Positions 22,100-35,717 of a stretch of DNA of 64,000 nt are shown piece by piece (within the stretch, counting starts at the first letter, position 1; every line of letters begins with the position of its first letter). A program made the position numbers and the translations under genes. The stretch is from Macrostomum lignano. Lineage: Eukaryota. The notes beneath the pieces were generated by a model. The model saw only the letters and a program-made list of their open reading frames with translations. It made no database searches and was not told the DNA's origin. The stretch lies in the NCBI GenBank assembly GCA_002269645.1, contig NIVC01002989.1, positions 63,004-127,003 on the forward strand, read 5' to 3'.

Positions 22100-22680
22100 A
22101 ACTCTGTTGCTGAAGCTTAGATTCTGTTGCTAAGAGGTAAACCTTGTTGCTAAGGTGTAGATCCTGTTGCTAAGGGGTAAACCTTGTTGCTAAGGTGTAG
22201 ATCCTGTTGCTAGGGTTGTAGATCCTGTTGCTAAAGTGTAGATCCCGTTACTAAGGTGTAGATCCTGTTGCTAGGGTGTAGATCCTGTTGCTAAGGGGTA
22301 AACCCTGTTGCTAAGGTGTAGATCCTGTTGCTAAGGGGTAAACCCTGTTGCTAAGGTGTAGATCTTTTTGCTAGGGAGTAGATCCTGTTGCTAGGGTGTA
22401 GATCCTGTTGCTAAGGGGTAAACCCTGTTGCTAAGGTGTAGATCCTGTTGCTAAGGGGTAAATCCTGTTGCTAAGTTGTAGATCCTGTTGCTAAGTTGTA
22501 GATCATGTTGCAAAGGGGGTAAATCCTGTTGCTAAGGGGTAAACCCTGTTGCTAAGGTGTAGATCCTGTTGCTAAGGGGGTAAATCCTGTTGCTAAGGGG
22601 TAAACCCTGTTGCTAAGGTGTAGATCCTGTTGCAAAGGGGGTAAACCCTGTTGCTAAGGCGAAAATCTTGTTGCTAAGGG
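22100..22680. repeat. ~20-21 bp minisatellite with two unit types
   Basis: gatcctgttgctaaggtgta and aaaccctgttgctaaggggt alternate. Confidence 0.9.
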
Positions 22681-22819
22681 GAAGCCTCGCGCACTATTAA
22701 GCCTTCAAAAAGTTGTCAATACGATTTAAAAGTTATTTACGCTCTATTTTACTACCCCTTTAAGCTGGCCCTTGAAACAACAGTAGAAAACGGAGAAATC
22801 CTGCAAAACTGCCCACAAT

Positions 22820-23548
22820 TCAAGCGTCTTTCTTCACCTCCTGCTCCTGGCCCTCCAGCCTGGCCAGCTTCTTGCGCAGCTGTTCGTTCTCCTCGGCCAG
22901 CTCGTCGAACGCCCGACCAGCGCTGGTGCCCTGCGACGTCATTGCCTCCAGACTGGCCTGGGCCTTGCGCAGCTCCGCCTCGGTGTCCTTCAGCCGGTCG
23001 CGCAGCTTCTTAACTTCATCTTTAGTAGCCTGAGCGTCGGCGTCTCCGCCTCCGGCTCCAGCAGCGGCGGCCGACGTCGAAGAGGTTGAAGACTCCATGA
23101 GCCGCTTAGCCGTGATGGTGGCGCCGTCCAGCTGTCGCTGAGCAGCCAGAAGGTCGGCCTCGGTCAGAGCCCGCTGCGACACGGACCGCACCATCCACTT
23201 GAGCACAAGCCAGAGCAGCAGGGCGCCGCCAGCTATGTAGAGATTGCGCTGAGCTCGGAACATTCGCATCAGGCAGAGCGCGTGGCCCTGCGGGTTGACT
23301 TTCTCTTCCACTTGGTCGGCCTCTAGCGAGTGCTTCCTGGCGCTGCGGAAGCCGTCAAGCACGGCCAGCACTAGCAGGGCCAGGAACATGTTAAAGTACA
23401 CGTTGCCCCAGGCGTCCAGGCGTCTCAGCAGGCGGGAACGGAATATCTTGCGCCAGCGCTGTACGCTGAACACTGGCAGCATTAGGGCTATCGCTGCGGC
23501 TATCTCAGCATAGAGAAAGCCGGCCACAATTGTCCACTGGAGAGTCAT
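22820..23548 (-). CDS. BCAP31: B-cell receptor-associated protein 29/31 (BAP29/BAP31) homolog, intronless CDS, 242 aa
   Basis: MTLQWTIVAGFLYAEI, three TM segments, MRMFRAQRNLYIAG motif, C-terminal coiled coil and KKDA ER-retrieval signal. BCAP31 and BCAP29 cannot be told apart by eye. Confidence 0.92.
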   Translation of the reverse strand: MTLQWTIVAGFLYAEIAAAIALMLPVFSVQRWRKIFRSRLLRRLDAWGNVYFNMFLALLVLAVLDGFRSARKHSLEADQVEEKVNPQGHALCLMRMFRAQRNLYIAGGALLLWLVLKWMVRSVSQRALTEADLLAAQRQLDGATITAKRLMESSTSSTSAAAAGAGGGDADAQATKDEVKKLRDRLKDTEAELRKAQASLEAMTSQGTSAGRAFDELAEENEQLRKKLARLEGQEQEVKKDA

Positions 23549-26500
23549 GACTAACTAAGCTGGGATTAGCGGAGCTGCATGCATTAATATAAGATGCAGT
23601 TTGGTACTTATTTTTCTATCAGAAAGTACATGCCTAACACCCGGCCGGGGTGGCGAGAGGCCTGGCCAAGATAACTCGCAAAAATGCCGACCCAAGAAAC
23701 ACAGATGTAGTACTAATTAGATTTCGAGGCATTTAGCCTTAACAATACAGTTATAGTTACTCCTTCCGGTTACCTAAAATTTCATAAGTAAGTCACATTT
23801 TGGCAAAAAGTTGCATGGCTGGGTGAAATTTCGACATTGGGCATGTATGTATCAGAAGCATCAATACTACAAATCAAAGCCTCATGGTGAAAATTCTACT
23901 ATTAGTAGTAATACACAATAGGCATCAATGGACAAATTCAGGGTAAGATTTTTGGCAGCAAAATAAGATTTTATTGTTAAGAGTGAAATTTACTTTAGTA
24001 ATTGCTTTATTTGTGCCATAAGCAATAACCTTAGTGATATAGATAAGACTTGAGTGCCAATTAATTGTCATAAATATGGTTTCAATGTCAATTTAGCTAT
24101 ATAAATGGCACTATATACAACATAATACTATACATTGTGTACACTATTGAGATAGGCCTTATTCTTTATTCTTTAACAATGATTTCCTATAAAGTATTGT
24201 ATTTGAAAGTATGCCAATTTGTTTAACCATGTATAAAATCAGAAATATTGTAAATATTAAAAATTAATATCTCAGAGGATAGAAATTAGCCCTGGGACAC
24301 TATTGACTAAATAATAAACAATTGGTAACCATAGTGTTACATTGATTGCAATTTGTCTAAATGATTTATTTTTTATTATAAAAAACTAGCTAAACTCTAA
24401 TTATAATAATTTTTTTAAATTCAAACTGCCATATTTAACTTTTTAAATGTTGTATCAATGTTATAACTATTGAAAAATTATATCACAAAACACATGTGCA
24501 ACACAAATTGACTTAAAATACACTGGCTATACAACTTAGTTTTAACTGAAAATGCAAGTTTTTGCAATAACTTACCTAAAAACAAACTAAAAAAATCTTG
24601 ATTTGTTATAAAATTTTGTCAAAAAGTTGAAATTGTCAAAAAGGCATAATCAGTTTTGAGATCCAGACCTAAGCTACCACAATTAATGATAGCTATATTA
24701 GCTAGATTGATTAGTACTAGTACTTATAGTTTGGTATATAGGAAATATAAGATTTTTTATATATTCATTTTTGACTTAAATCTAGGCTTTTTATTATTGC
24801 AAAAAGTGACTACAACTAATATAAGGTATCTAATCTTAAATATTATCACAATACTACAATAGCTAACCAAGCCAATTGAAAATTCATTAGTAGATATTTA
24901 ATCTATCTTAGTAGATAGTTGGAACATATTTAATACATCTAATCATTCATCTAATACATATGAATTTGATCTTGTAATTCCAATAAATATATTGTGACTA
25001 TCACCTTTTTGACTATTATCTTTTTGTCAATCTATTGCCCTTTTAATCAGTTTCAAGTCATTTTTATCTAAAACTTGTTTTTTATTGATATTTATGATAT
25101 AAATCCTTTTACTTAAGTTAACCAATTTTAGTTTTGTAAAATCTATGTTCAATAATATGTAATAGGTCTCAGTTTTATAATGAAATTTCTTAGAAAATTG
25201 AATTTAAAAATATTATTATTATATTATTATATTATATTACATAAATATTATAAATATTTCTTATACTCAATAGATTTTGTATATTGTTGTTTGTTTTAAA
25301 GAGTAAACTATAGTAGAAGAAATAGCCCTAGCACAACTTTGGTTAGTCTTTAGGGTTAGGCCTATTATAGACACTATCACAACTTTTGATAGCAGCAATT
25401 GAGATTTAAAGAGAGGGGTTTGAGGCCATAGTGTGGAAGGATTTCTGTATACAACAGAAGGTAAATTTTCATTTTGGCCTGTTGTACGATAGTATGACAG
25501 GGATTGGAAAATGGTACTAGTGTTGTACGACAGAGTTAGAGTTTAAGGAAGTGCTGTATGACAAAAATAGTGGCACTTACATAGTAATGTAAGGTGTTGG
25601 TAGTAAAAGTTGGTAGTAAAAAGTCAACTTTTTGAATATGTGGGTAGGTGCGGGAAATTCTTGATATTGCATTTTTTTAATATGCAAAGTAAAACAACAG
25701 ATATATTGTACTTTTCTGCTTGCAATGTCAAGTATAGTTTTACGCCAATAAAATTGAATTTAAGAGTTTGTACGAATATAATACTGATAATTTAAATTAC
25801 CCTTTGAGTGGAAAAGTGCAACTATTGAATTTTTACTTCTTTGCTTCAACGCAATACGTTAACAACGATGTTATGAGTTAGTTACGAGACTACGAGTATC
25901 TGGTACTGGTGTCCGACTGTCCATCAAAGGAAGACTAACTATGTCTATACTTTATATATGAGTCGTATGACATTGACAAGTGTACGACAGACAGACATGT
26001 AACATGTTTACATGTACAACAGTGTACGACATAGCACCCCCCAAAAATTAGCGATGTACGACATGTACGACAGGCGATCCCTGTGTATGACGGAGATTTC
26101 TGGCGTATACCCATCTTTCCGCACTATGGGTTTGAGGCTTGAGCCCTTTGACGACAACTTGGTGCCAGCTTTAGGTTTAAGTGATATTAGAGAAGTAGCC
26201 CCCTATATCAACTTAGTGACAGTGGGTGATTGTTAAAGAGAGAAATTAGACCCCTATGTCAACTTGGTAGCATAAGTGGAATTTTAGAGAGAGTAGAAGT
26301 ACAACCACTATCATAACTTGGTGGCTTACTTAGTGGTGGAATTGAAGTCAACCCTATGTCAAATCTATCATTTTTAGCTTTTTATCCTTTAGGCCCCTAT
26401 CTATGAATAAAAATATCCAAAATGGTAAAACCTTTGCAATATAGCCTAAAAGACAGTTTTGACCTAAAATGCATGGGGTGGGGACCACAGGGACCACATA

Positions 26501-28611
26501 AAAAACATTTGTTGCCAATTTTTGCTATAGCCTACGGCTTTAATTCCTTTTTCCTCTTGTAGTAGCTAGACATAATTATTTAGCATATATTGAAAGTTGT
26601 TTCTTGACAAGGGGCAAAATTTAAGCTAATCTGTTGAAAAAGTAAAAAGAAAAACAGTGATAATTTTGTCAAAATTTCAACTATGCATATTGGCAATTCA
26701 CCTTGGCAAGTCGCCCTCACTAAAGACAAAGTTCCTAACAATAATTGTTTCTAGAGTATTTCATTACATTAGGTATTTCTATTAGATTATAGATTAGATA
26801 TATTTAGTATGCGCCATGAGGTATGTAGTTGTACTTATTGAGCTATTTCCATCTATGTCAGTGTTCTCATATTTGTCTGACGTTCTATTCTAATCTGCAT
26901 GTGTACCCCTTGGAAAATACGAAGCGAATATTTCTTCTTGAAACCAACCCTATCGCGCAATTCTTCTATGACTAGTTTAATTAATAATTAAAATTAAGTT
27001 GATGTCAGATTATATGACTAATGTCATATATGATGACAAATGATGCTTTTCAAATTAGCGCTGATACGATTTGCATAGAAAAACGAAGCAAGTAGAGAGA
27101 CGATAAGAGCACTTATTAGATATTCTTAGAAAGACAAATATTTTAGTGCTATAATTCGGCTTTATTGTAACTGTAAAAAATCACGATTAAACCCTAACAG
27201 ACATATTTTATAGTTATCGTGCTTTGTAACAATCTGGTTAACACGTTAATTTACAATGTTACATTTATTATTCTAGTTATTCCTAGTGGCTGCGCCGATG
27301 CAGGCGGGGCAGAGGGGCTGCAGCCTCCGGGTCACCATGCACCCTCCTACCTCCCTGGGGGCCGAGGGGTGACCCCCAGGTCATCCCATCCTCCGTGGGA
27401 TGACCAACCATAGTTTTTTAGTATGCGTTTTTGTGAGATTTAAGCGTAATGCCGTTGCTCTAATTCTAAAAATTCGCTGGAGGAGGGGATGACCAGCCAA
27501 CCACCGCCCCCTCCTAATCGGAGGTGCTGGGCCACCACGAGCATTCCAGAATCCATTGTCTGGACGTCGTCTTTGTGCGAGATTTGCTTTCGCTGATTTG
27601 CTCTTTTTGCGCAGAGGGACAGCGTTTTGTAATTTGAGAGTCAAATTTTTAACGGATTACAGTAGTAGTTTATACATATGGTAGCTATCTAGCCTTGTAC
27701 ATCAAGCAGTACATTATCGAGAGTAAATGTATCGACAATACTAGGCATGAAACTATACTAGGAAAATGAAGCGGCAGCTGCTATGAGACTACAAGTGAGC
27801 GCTTAAGGTATGAATTTTTATGAGCCGGTACTGCATCCTGCATGCTCGTATTGCCGCTATAGAATTAGCCCTTTACTACATGTAAGTTGACTCGAAACGA
27901 GGCTGAAATGCAAGAAATTACATGTATAGCTAGTCCATCCGCAGGAGGATGTCTAACAAAAAACAACCACGTGTATACTATTTGCGATTCATACATACTA
28001 TAGTACATTTAAAATCGCTAAAAACAAAATGGTTATAGTCTACAATAAAGGTCTGAGATTGAAATTATGTATACGTAAGATTGTAATTTTCTTGCTTGTG
28101 CCCATGCATAGCGCATATAGTAAAGTGGAAAAAATATTAATCAAATAACTTTTAAAGATGAACAAACAACAAAAAATCAAATATTTGTTTGAATCAAAAT
28201 TAACCGAGTGTATGTATACTCGCATATATAATTTGCTCCGGACTTGATGCAGGAAAAAGTCATTGTTGATATATTTTAGTTGGACGTTGATTTTAGTTAT
28301 CGATAATCTTGGGCGGTTGCAATAGCAGGCAGAAACTCTTAAAGTGACACGGCTGCAGACTGAAAACAAATTATGTTGATACTGGAATTTTCCACTGACC
28401 AGATAAAGCATGCTCTAAACTGAACCTTTGAGGAAATCGGCCTTCAAATCGTAGACTCATGAAATTAAGTGTTGTTTTTCCAAACATGCGACATCTGACC
28501 AAAAACAAACATTAAGGACGCTTCATCGCTTTCTAGCAATAAACTTAAGATTTCTCATCTTGTGTGTTGTGGACTTACGAAACTATAAAAAACACTGTTT
28601 TAGCACAATCC

Positions 28612-28992
28612 AACCTAGACACACTGTTTTACCACAGACAAAACCATAGACACACTGTTTTACCATAGACGAAACCGTCAACACACTGATTTACCATAGA
28701 CATACCATAGACAAAACCGTAGACACACTGTTTTACCACAGAAAAAACAATAGACACACTGTTTTACCACAGACAAAACCATAGACACACTGTTTTACCA
28801 CAGACAAAACCATAGACACACTGTTTTACCATAGACAAAACCATAGACACACTGTTTTACCATAGACAAAACCATAGACACACTGTTTTACCACAGACAA
28901 AACCATAGACACACTGTTTTACCACAGACAAAACCATAGACACACTGTTTTACCACAGACAAAACCATAGACACACTGTTTTACCATAGACA
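28612..28992. repeat. 30-bp minisatellite
   Basis: Unit catagacacactgttttacca(c/t)agacaaaac. Confidence 0.9.
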
Positions 28993-29080
28993 AAACGCCA
29001 CAAAGCTCAGTGTTACATATATAGTTTCAGATGAGATCTCCAGTTTCCTTGCTTGGCTCAGCCGCATCACCAGTTGGCTG

Positions 29081-32000
29081 CTAACGCCGAAGTAGATGTT
29101 CGACCTGCTGCCGTGTGAAGCCGACCAGCGCGTCCAACGCCACCGATGTCCGGTGGGAGAGGCAGCCGCCGCTGCCCATCAGCGCCTCAGATCGTTTCCT
29201 TCGATAATTGCCGTACCGAGCCGGGTTGAAGTTCTCCCTGGCAACCAGTTCGTTGGGAAAGGCGCCGTAGCAACCGTTGGCTCGCTGCCAGGACAGGACG
29301 GCGCGGCGCCAGCTTGGCTGTCCGAATTCAGCGACGTAGCCAGAGGCGGAGCAAAGGCCGACTGAGGGAGATATTAGTTTGTCTGTTTGTTTGGGAATCG
29401 GGAATTGGGAAATAGGAATCGGGAATCGGGAATCGGGTATTGGGAATTGGGAATCGGGCATTGGGAATTGGGAATCGGGCATTGGGAATTGGGAATCGGG
29501 AATTGGGAATTGGGAATTGGGAATCGGGAATTGGGAATTGGGAATCGGGAATCGGGAATCGGGAATTGGGAATCGGGAATCGGGAATTGGGAATTGGGAA
29601 TTGGGAATCGGGAATCGGGAAATCGAGAATTGGGAATTGGGAATCGGGAATTAGAAATTGGGAATTGGGAATTGGGAATTGGGAATTGGGAATTGGGAAT
29701 CGGGAAATCGAGAATTGGGAATTGGGAATCGGGAATTAGAAATTGGGAATTGGGAATTGGGAATTGGGAATTGGGAATTGGGAATCGGGAAATCGAGAAT
29801 TGGGAATTGGGAATCGGGAATTAGAAATTGGGAATTGGGAATTGGGAATTGGGAATTGTGAATCTGGGATATCAGTTCGGAATTAAAATTCTTGTTCAGA
29901 CGGGATTCCTCTGGCATTATTCTCCGTGAAGGTGTTATGGATTTCTCGCCAGACCGAATTACTCTACTAACAGTAGCAAGAGCGCGCAAGGCTCACTCTG
30001 TTCCATAAAGAGATCGCGATTTATGACGGGAAATCCCGCGGCCTCCTGCTCCGCGGCCGCCACGAGAATTCGGCCGCAGAATTTGTCCAGCAGGCGCTGC
30101 AGGGGGCTGCCATCGCCCGACAGATCGACAGAGGCGGGTCGCGATTGAGCCAACTCAGTCAGGTTGTAGAGGCAGTTGGCCTGGAGGGAGGCGGGCGAAG
30201 GAGGACTCAGCGGTCAACACGCGCTTTGTCACACGAACTTCCATGCATTAACTAACCCTACTCACATTGATTCCGCTCAGCAAATAGAAAACCTGATGGG
30301 TCAGGTAGTAGTCTCGACGGCCTTCGGATCTGACCATGGCGTCCCAGCAGCGATGCGAGATGGTGCAAGGAGGCTGGCTGAAAATGGTGGGTTAGGATTT
30401 TTTGGGAATAGTATGAATTTATGTTTCTTTGGGATTGGGCAGATTAGGGGTGCGTAGGGGTGTGCGATATGCTCGGGTTGAGTAGGGTGTTGGATCGGGT
30501 TGAGTAGGGGTGTGAGATCGGGTTGAGTAGGGGTGTGGGATCGGGTTGAGTAGGGGTGTGGGATCGGGTTGAGTAGGGGTGTGGGATCGGGTTGAGTAGG
30601 GGTGTGGGATCGGGTTGAGTAGGGGTGTGGGATCGGGTTGAGTAGGGGTGTGGGATCGGGTTGAGTAGGGGTGTGGGATCGGGTTGAGTAGGGGTGTGGG
30701 ATCGGGTTGAGTAGGGGTGTGGGATCGGGTTGAGTAGGGGTGTGGGATCGGGTTGAGTAGGGGTGTGTGATCAGGTTGAGTAGGGGTGTGGGATCGGGTT
30801 GAGTAGGGGTGTGGGATCGGGTTGAGTAGGGGTGTGGGATCGGGTTGAGTAGGGGTGTGGGATCGGGTTGAGTAGGGGTGTGTGATCAGGTTGAGTAGGG
30901 GTGTGGGATCGGGTTGAGTAGGGGTGTTGGATCGGGTTGAGTAGGGGTGTGGGATCGGGTTGAGTAGGGGTGTGGGATCGGGTTGAGTAGGGGTGTGGGA
31001 TCGGGTTGAGTAGGGGTGTGGGATCGGGTTGAGTAGGGGTGTGGGATCGGGTTGAGTAGGGGTGTGGGATCAGGTTGAGTAGGGGTGTGGGATCGGGTTG
31101 AGTAGGGGTGTGGGATCGGGTTGAGTAGGGGTGTGGGATCGGGTTGAGTAGGGGTGTGAGATCGGGTTGAGTAGGGGTGTGGGATCGGGTTGAGTAGGGG
31201 TGTGGGATCGGGTTGAGTAGGGGTGTGAGATCGGGTTGAGTAGGGGTGTGGGATCGGGTTGAGTAGGGGTGTGAGATCGGGTTGAGTAGGGGTGTGGGAT
31301 CGGGTTGAGTAGGGGTGTTGGATCGGGTTGAGTAGGGGTGTGGGATCGGGTTGAGTAGGGGTGTGGGATCGGGTTGAGTAGGGGTGTGGGATCAGGTTGA
31401 GTAGGGGTGTGGGATCGGGTTGAGTAGGGGTGTGGGATCGGGTTGAGTAGGGGTGTGGGATCGGGTTGAGTAGGGGTGTGGGATCGGGTTGAGTAGGGGT
31501 GGGTGATCGGGTTGAGTAGGGGTGTGGGATCGGGTTGAGTAGGGGTGTGGGATCGGGTTGAGTAGGGGTGTGGGATCGGGTTGAGAAGGGGTTTGGGATC
31601 GGGTTAAGAAGGGTGTGGAACTCGAGGCGAGGTGATTGCACGTCAATGGCACACAGAAGTCGCACCCATCCCTGCCGTAGAACTCGTGAATGCAGTCGTC
31701 GCTGAACTTCTCATCGAATCCGTCCTCCTCCTGATTGTCTCCGCTTGCAGCTGCGTCTCTCGTCGCGGCGGCCTCCTCCAGCAGCGCGGCGGCGAAGCGG
31801 AGCGACAGCCTCCGGCTGGGGAAGAAAATGTCCCACGAGTGGTCGGCGATCAGCTGACCAGCGTCTGCGATTAAGCAATAAGTTTGCGAACTACTCTACT
31901 GTCAGTAAAAACACAAGAGTTTTTTTGGACATGCATATTACAATTAATTGTCAACTCACTGGCGTAGTACACTGGAGTATTCTTTTGCACAGCTTTTGCC

Positions 32001-33241
32001 GTTTCCTTGGCAACCAGGCTGGCGCGTTGTTGAATCGATTTCAGTCGGGCCACCAGCCAGAGGGGCAGGCGGGACCAGTAGTTGGATAGGAGGGCACCGA
32101 ACTGACCTGCGCGTGGGGTGTGGCCGCCAGTGCTTTAGCGGAGACAGGGGAGAGACAGGGGAGAGACAGGGGAGAGACAGTGGAGAGACAGGGGAGAGAC
32201 AGGGGAGAGACAGGGGAGAGACAGGGGAGAGACAGGGGAGAGACAGGGGAGGCAGACAGGGGAGAGACAGGGGAGGCAGACAGGGGAGACAGACAGGGGA
32301 GAGACAGGGGAGAGACAGCGAGAGAGACAGGGGAGAGACAGGGGAGAGACAGGGGAGAGACAAGGGAGAGACAGGGGAGAGACAGGGGAGAGACAGGGGA
32401 GGCAGACAGGGGAGGCAGACAGGGGAGGCAGACAGGGGAGAGACAGGGGAGGCAGACAGGGGAGAGACAGGGGAGAGACAGGGAAGAGACAGGGGAGAGA
32501 CAGGGGAGGCAGACAGGGGAGAGACAGGGGAGAGACAGGGGAGAGACAGGGGAGAGACATTGGAGGCAGACAGGGGAGAGACAGGGGAGAGACAGGGGAG
32601 AGACAGGGGAGAGACAGGGGAGAGACAGGGGAGAGACATTGGAGGCAGACAGGGGAGAGACAGGGGAGGCAGACAGGGGAGACAGACAGGGGAGAGACAG
32701 GGGAGGCAGACAGGGGAGACAGACAGGGGAGAGACAGGGGAGAGACAGGGGAGAGACAGGGGAGAGACAGGGGAGAGACATTGGAGGCAGACAGGGGAGA
32801 GACAGGGGAGGCAGACAGGGGAGACAGACAGGGGAGAGACAGGGGAGAGACAGGGGAGAGACAGGGGAGAGACAGGGGAGAGACAGGGGAGAGGCAGGGG
32901 AGAGACAGGGAGAGAGACAGGGGAGAGACAGGGGAGAGACAGGAAAGAGACAGGGGAGAGACAGGGGAGAGACAGGGGAGACAGGGGAGAGACAGGGGAG
33001 ACAGGGAGAGACAGGGAGAGAAAGGTTACTTCTTACCCTCCACCGTCCGCAGGCCGATGCCGCCATCAAGATTTGCTGTCTCGCTGTGGCCGCCCATGAA
33101 GGCCACCGCCCTGTCCAAGGCGTCCAGAGTGTCGATTAGGGCGGCTTCGCCAGCCCTGCGGCGGCCGGCCGAGGCGGCGGGGGCTGCCAGCAGGCAGCAG
33201 CAGGCGACTGCGATGGCGAGCCGCTGGAATTTCGAGCTCAT
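29081..33241 (-). CDS. UPF0764 / C16orf89-like secreted protein, 375 aa. Model: complement(join(29081..29361, 29997..30180, 30266..30377, 31666..31864, 31960..32106, 33037..33241))
   Basis: Signal peptide followed by ALDRAVAFM...[27 protein letters not shown]...[25 protein letters not shown]...GC.G and R.KRSE...[12 protein letters not shown], all matching C16orf89-family motifs as remembered. Six GT-AG exons with compatible phases total 1128 nt. Confidence 0.85.
29392..29857. repeat. 7-bp GGGAAT(T/C) microsatellite, intronic
   Basis: Direct reading of the sequence. Confidence 0.95.
30474..31615. repeat. 23-bp G-rich minisatellite, about 49 copies, intronic
   Basis: Unit gggatcgggttgagtaggggtgt. 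Confidence 0.95.
32141..33020. repeat. 11-bp minisatellite, intronic
   Basis: Unit gagagacaggg with ggcagac variants. Confidence 0.95.
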
Positions 33242-33470
33242 GTCGCTGGCGCTGCGAGGCGAGAGTTTTAGGTGCCAAGTTTTCATTTTGTTGTTCGACT
33301 TCAATACCAAAAATCTTGTCACATTTTCGCAAATGTCACAGGTTCAATTCTGTCCCATGGCACCACAGTCTTGCTTCTCAGTGATGTTTTCTAATTGACT
33401 TGCTGGTTTTGTTCTTGCTTTAAGATTTCTGTCTTTTCTTGCTTATGAGTACTAGCTCGATACCTGCCTG

Positions 33471-33979
<509 letters not shown>

Positions 33980-34274
33980 GTGTCGGCCGACTATTTCTAG
34001 GAAACAGGTTGTTCACCTGGTTCCCCGCACTAGGCTACAATTAACAGTTGCCAGAGCTAAAAGTAGTGATTGTCCGAGGCAGCACACTGCTGATTGCAGG
34101 CCAGAGGCCACCAAAATCACAGGTTTTATCTGCAGGGTGTTGATCAGCAGCAGTTATCTCCGATTTCAGTTTGTTAAGTCAATAGTATAGGAAATTCAAG
34201 AGGGATGACTGTAGCTCAAGGCGGTGATATGAAATACAATATACATGTTACATTGCGTCTGCATGTAGCTTATC

Positions 34275-34574
34275 TCCCGAATCCCGCATCCCGAATCCCG
34301 CATCCCGAATCCCGCATCCCGAATCCCGCATCCCGAATCCCGCATCCCGAATCCCGCATCCCGAATCCCGCATCCCGAATCCCGCATCCCGAATCCCGCA
34401 TCCCGAATCCCGCATCCCGAATCCCGCATCCCGAATCCCGCATCCCGAATCCCGCATCCCGAATCCCGCATCCCGAATCCCGCATCCCGAATCCCGCATC
34501 CCGAATCCCGCATCCCGAATCCCGCATCCCGAATCCCGCATCCCGAATCCCGCATCCCGAATCCCGCATCCCGA

Positions 34575-34611
<37 letters not shown>

Positions 34612-34734
34612 CCCGAATCCCGCATCCCGAATCCCGCATCCCGCATCCCGAATTCCGAATCCCGCATCCCGAATCCCGCATCCCGAATCCCGCATCCCGA
34701 ATCCCGCATCCCGAATCCCGCATCCCGAATCCCA

Positions 34735-34765
<31 letters not shown>

Positions 34766-34872
34766 CCCGAATCCCGCATCCCGAATCCCGCATCCCGAAT
34801 CCCGCATCCCGAATCCCGCATCCCGAATCCCGCATCCCGAATCCCGCATCCCGAATCCCACATCCCGCATCC
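34275..34872. repeat. 14-bp (2x7) satellite CCCGAAT-CCCGCAT
   Basis: Direct reading of the sequence. Confidence 0.95.
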
Positions 34873-35363
34873 CAAATTCAGATTTCAAATTCAGATATCA
34901 AATTTATACTCAGAGTTGTGAATTCTTAATCTACGAAGCAATTACAAGTCCAGAACTCCAGATCTCCAATTCATTTTCTAAGAAAGCAGGATGCCAGATT
35001 CCAGAGCCGTAAGAGTCGTGAGATTTTGGCGCTTCTACAATGAACTCGCAGCCATCCAAAGCAGAAGAAAGCTTTGGGCGGCCGTCGAATTCCCGAAAGC
35101 GAACTGGGGCTCCGGGCGCCCGAGACTGATCCCCTGGCGCTCGCCTTCTCCCTCAAGTTGGATGCCGCCGTCTCGTCTTGTTGCTTGGCGATTTCGGAAC
35201 ACAACAGGAAATGCTCCAGCTGCCCTCCGGGTGGCTGGCGAATCCCATTAATCTTTCCCAGCCCGTCATCCGGTCCTAATCCCCCCGCAGCAGACTCGGG
35301 TCTGGCGGAGGGCGGAGATTCACTGTTTCCAGCTTCCCGATTTCTTAGAAACAGCCTGAGATT

Positions 35364-35364
35364 C

Positions 35365-35445
<81 letters not shown>

Positions 35446-35448
35446 GGC

Positions 35449-35500
<52 letters not shown>
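35364..35500. repeat. (CAGA)n microsatellite
   Basis: Direct reading of the sequence. Confidence 0.95.
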
Positions 35501-35717
35501 CCGACGGAGAAATAGCTTATATTCAGCCTTGGGGCGGCTGTTTTTTCAATTTTCGCCGTTTCGGTTCAACAGACGGAACGCATCTGGTGGGGCAAACAGA
35601 TCGAGTTTCCATCGATTCGATTTTTCCGCGATTTTACTCGAATAAAATAACAGACTCAAAATATCGAATTTTTATCGTAAAGTTCCAGATCAAGAACGGC
35701 AAAGCCTAAATCGGAGC

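Noticed and set aside
27290-27540. GC-rich patch with a short hairpin in AT-rich DNA
   Set aside because: No TIR, TSD or credible ORF could be established.
34930-35350. GC-rich unique island between satellites
   Set aside because: No frame with a recognisable product or consistent splice sites.
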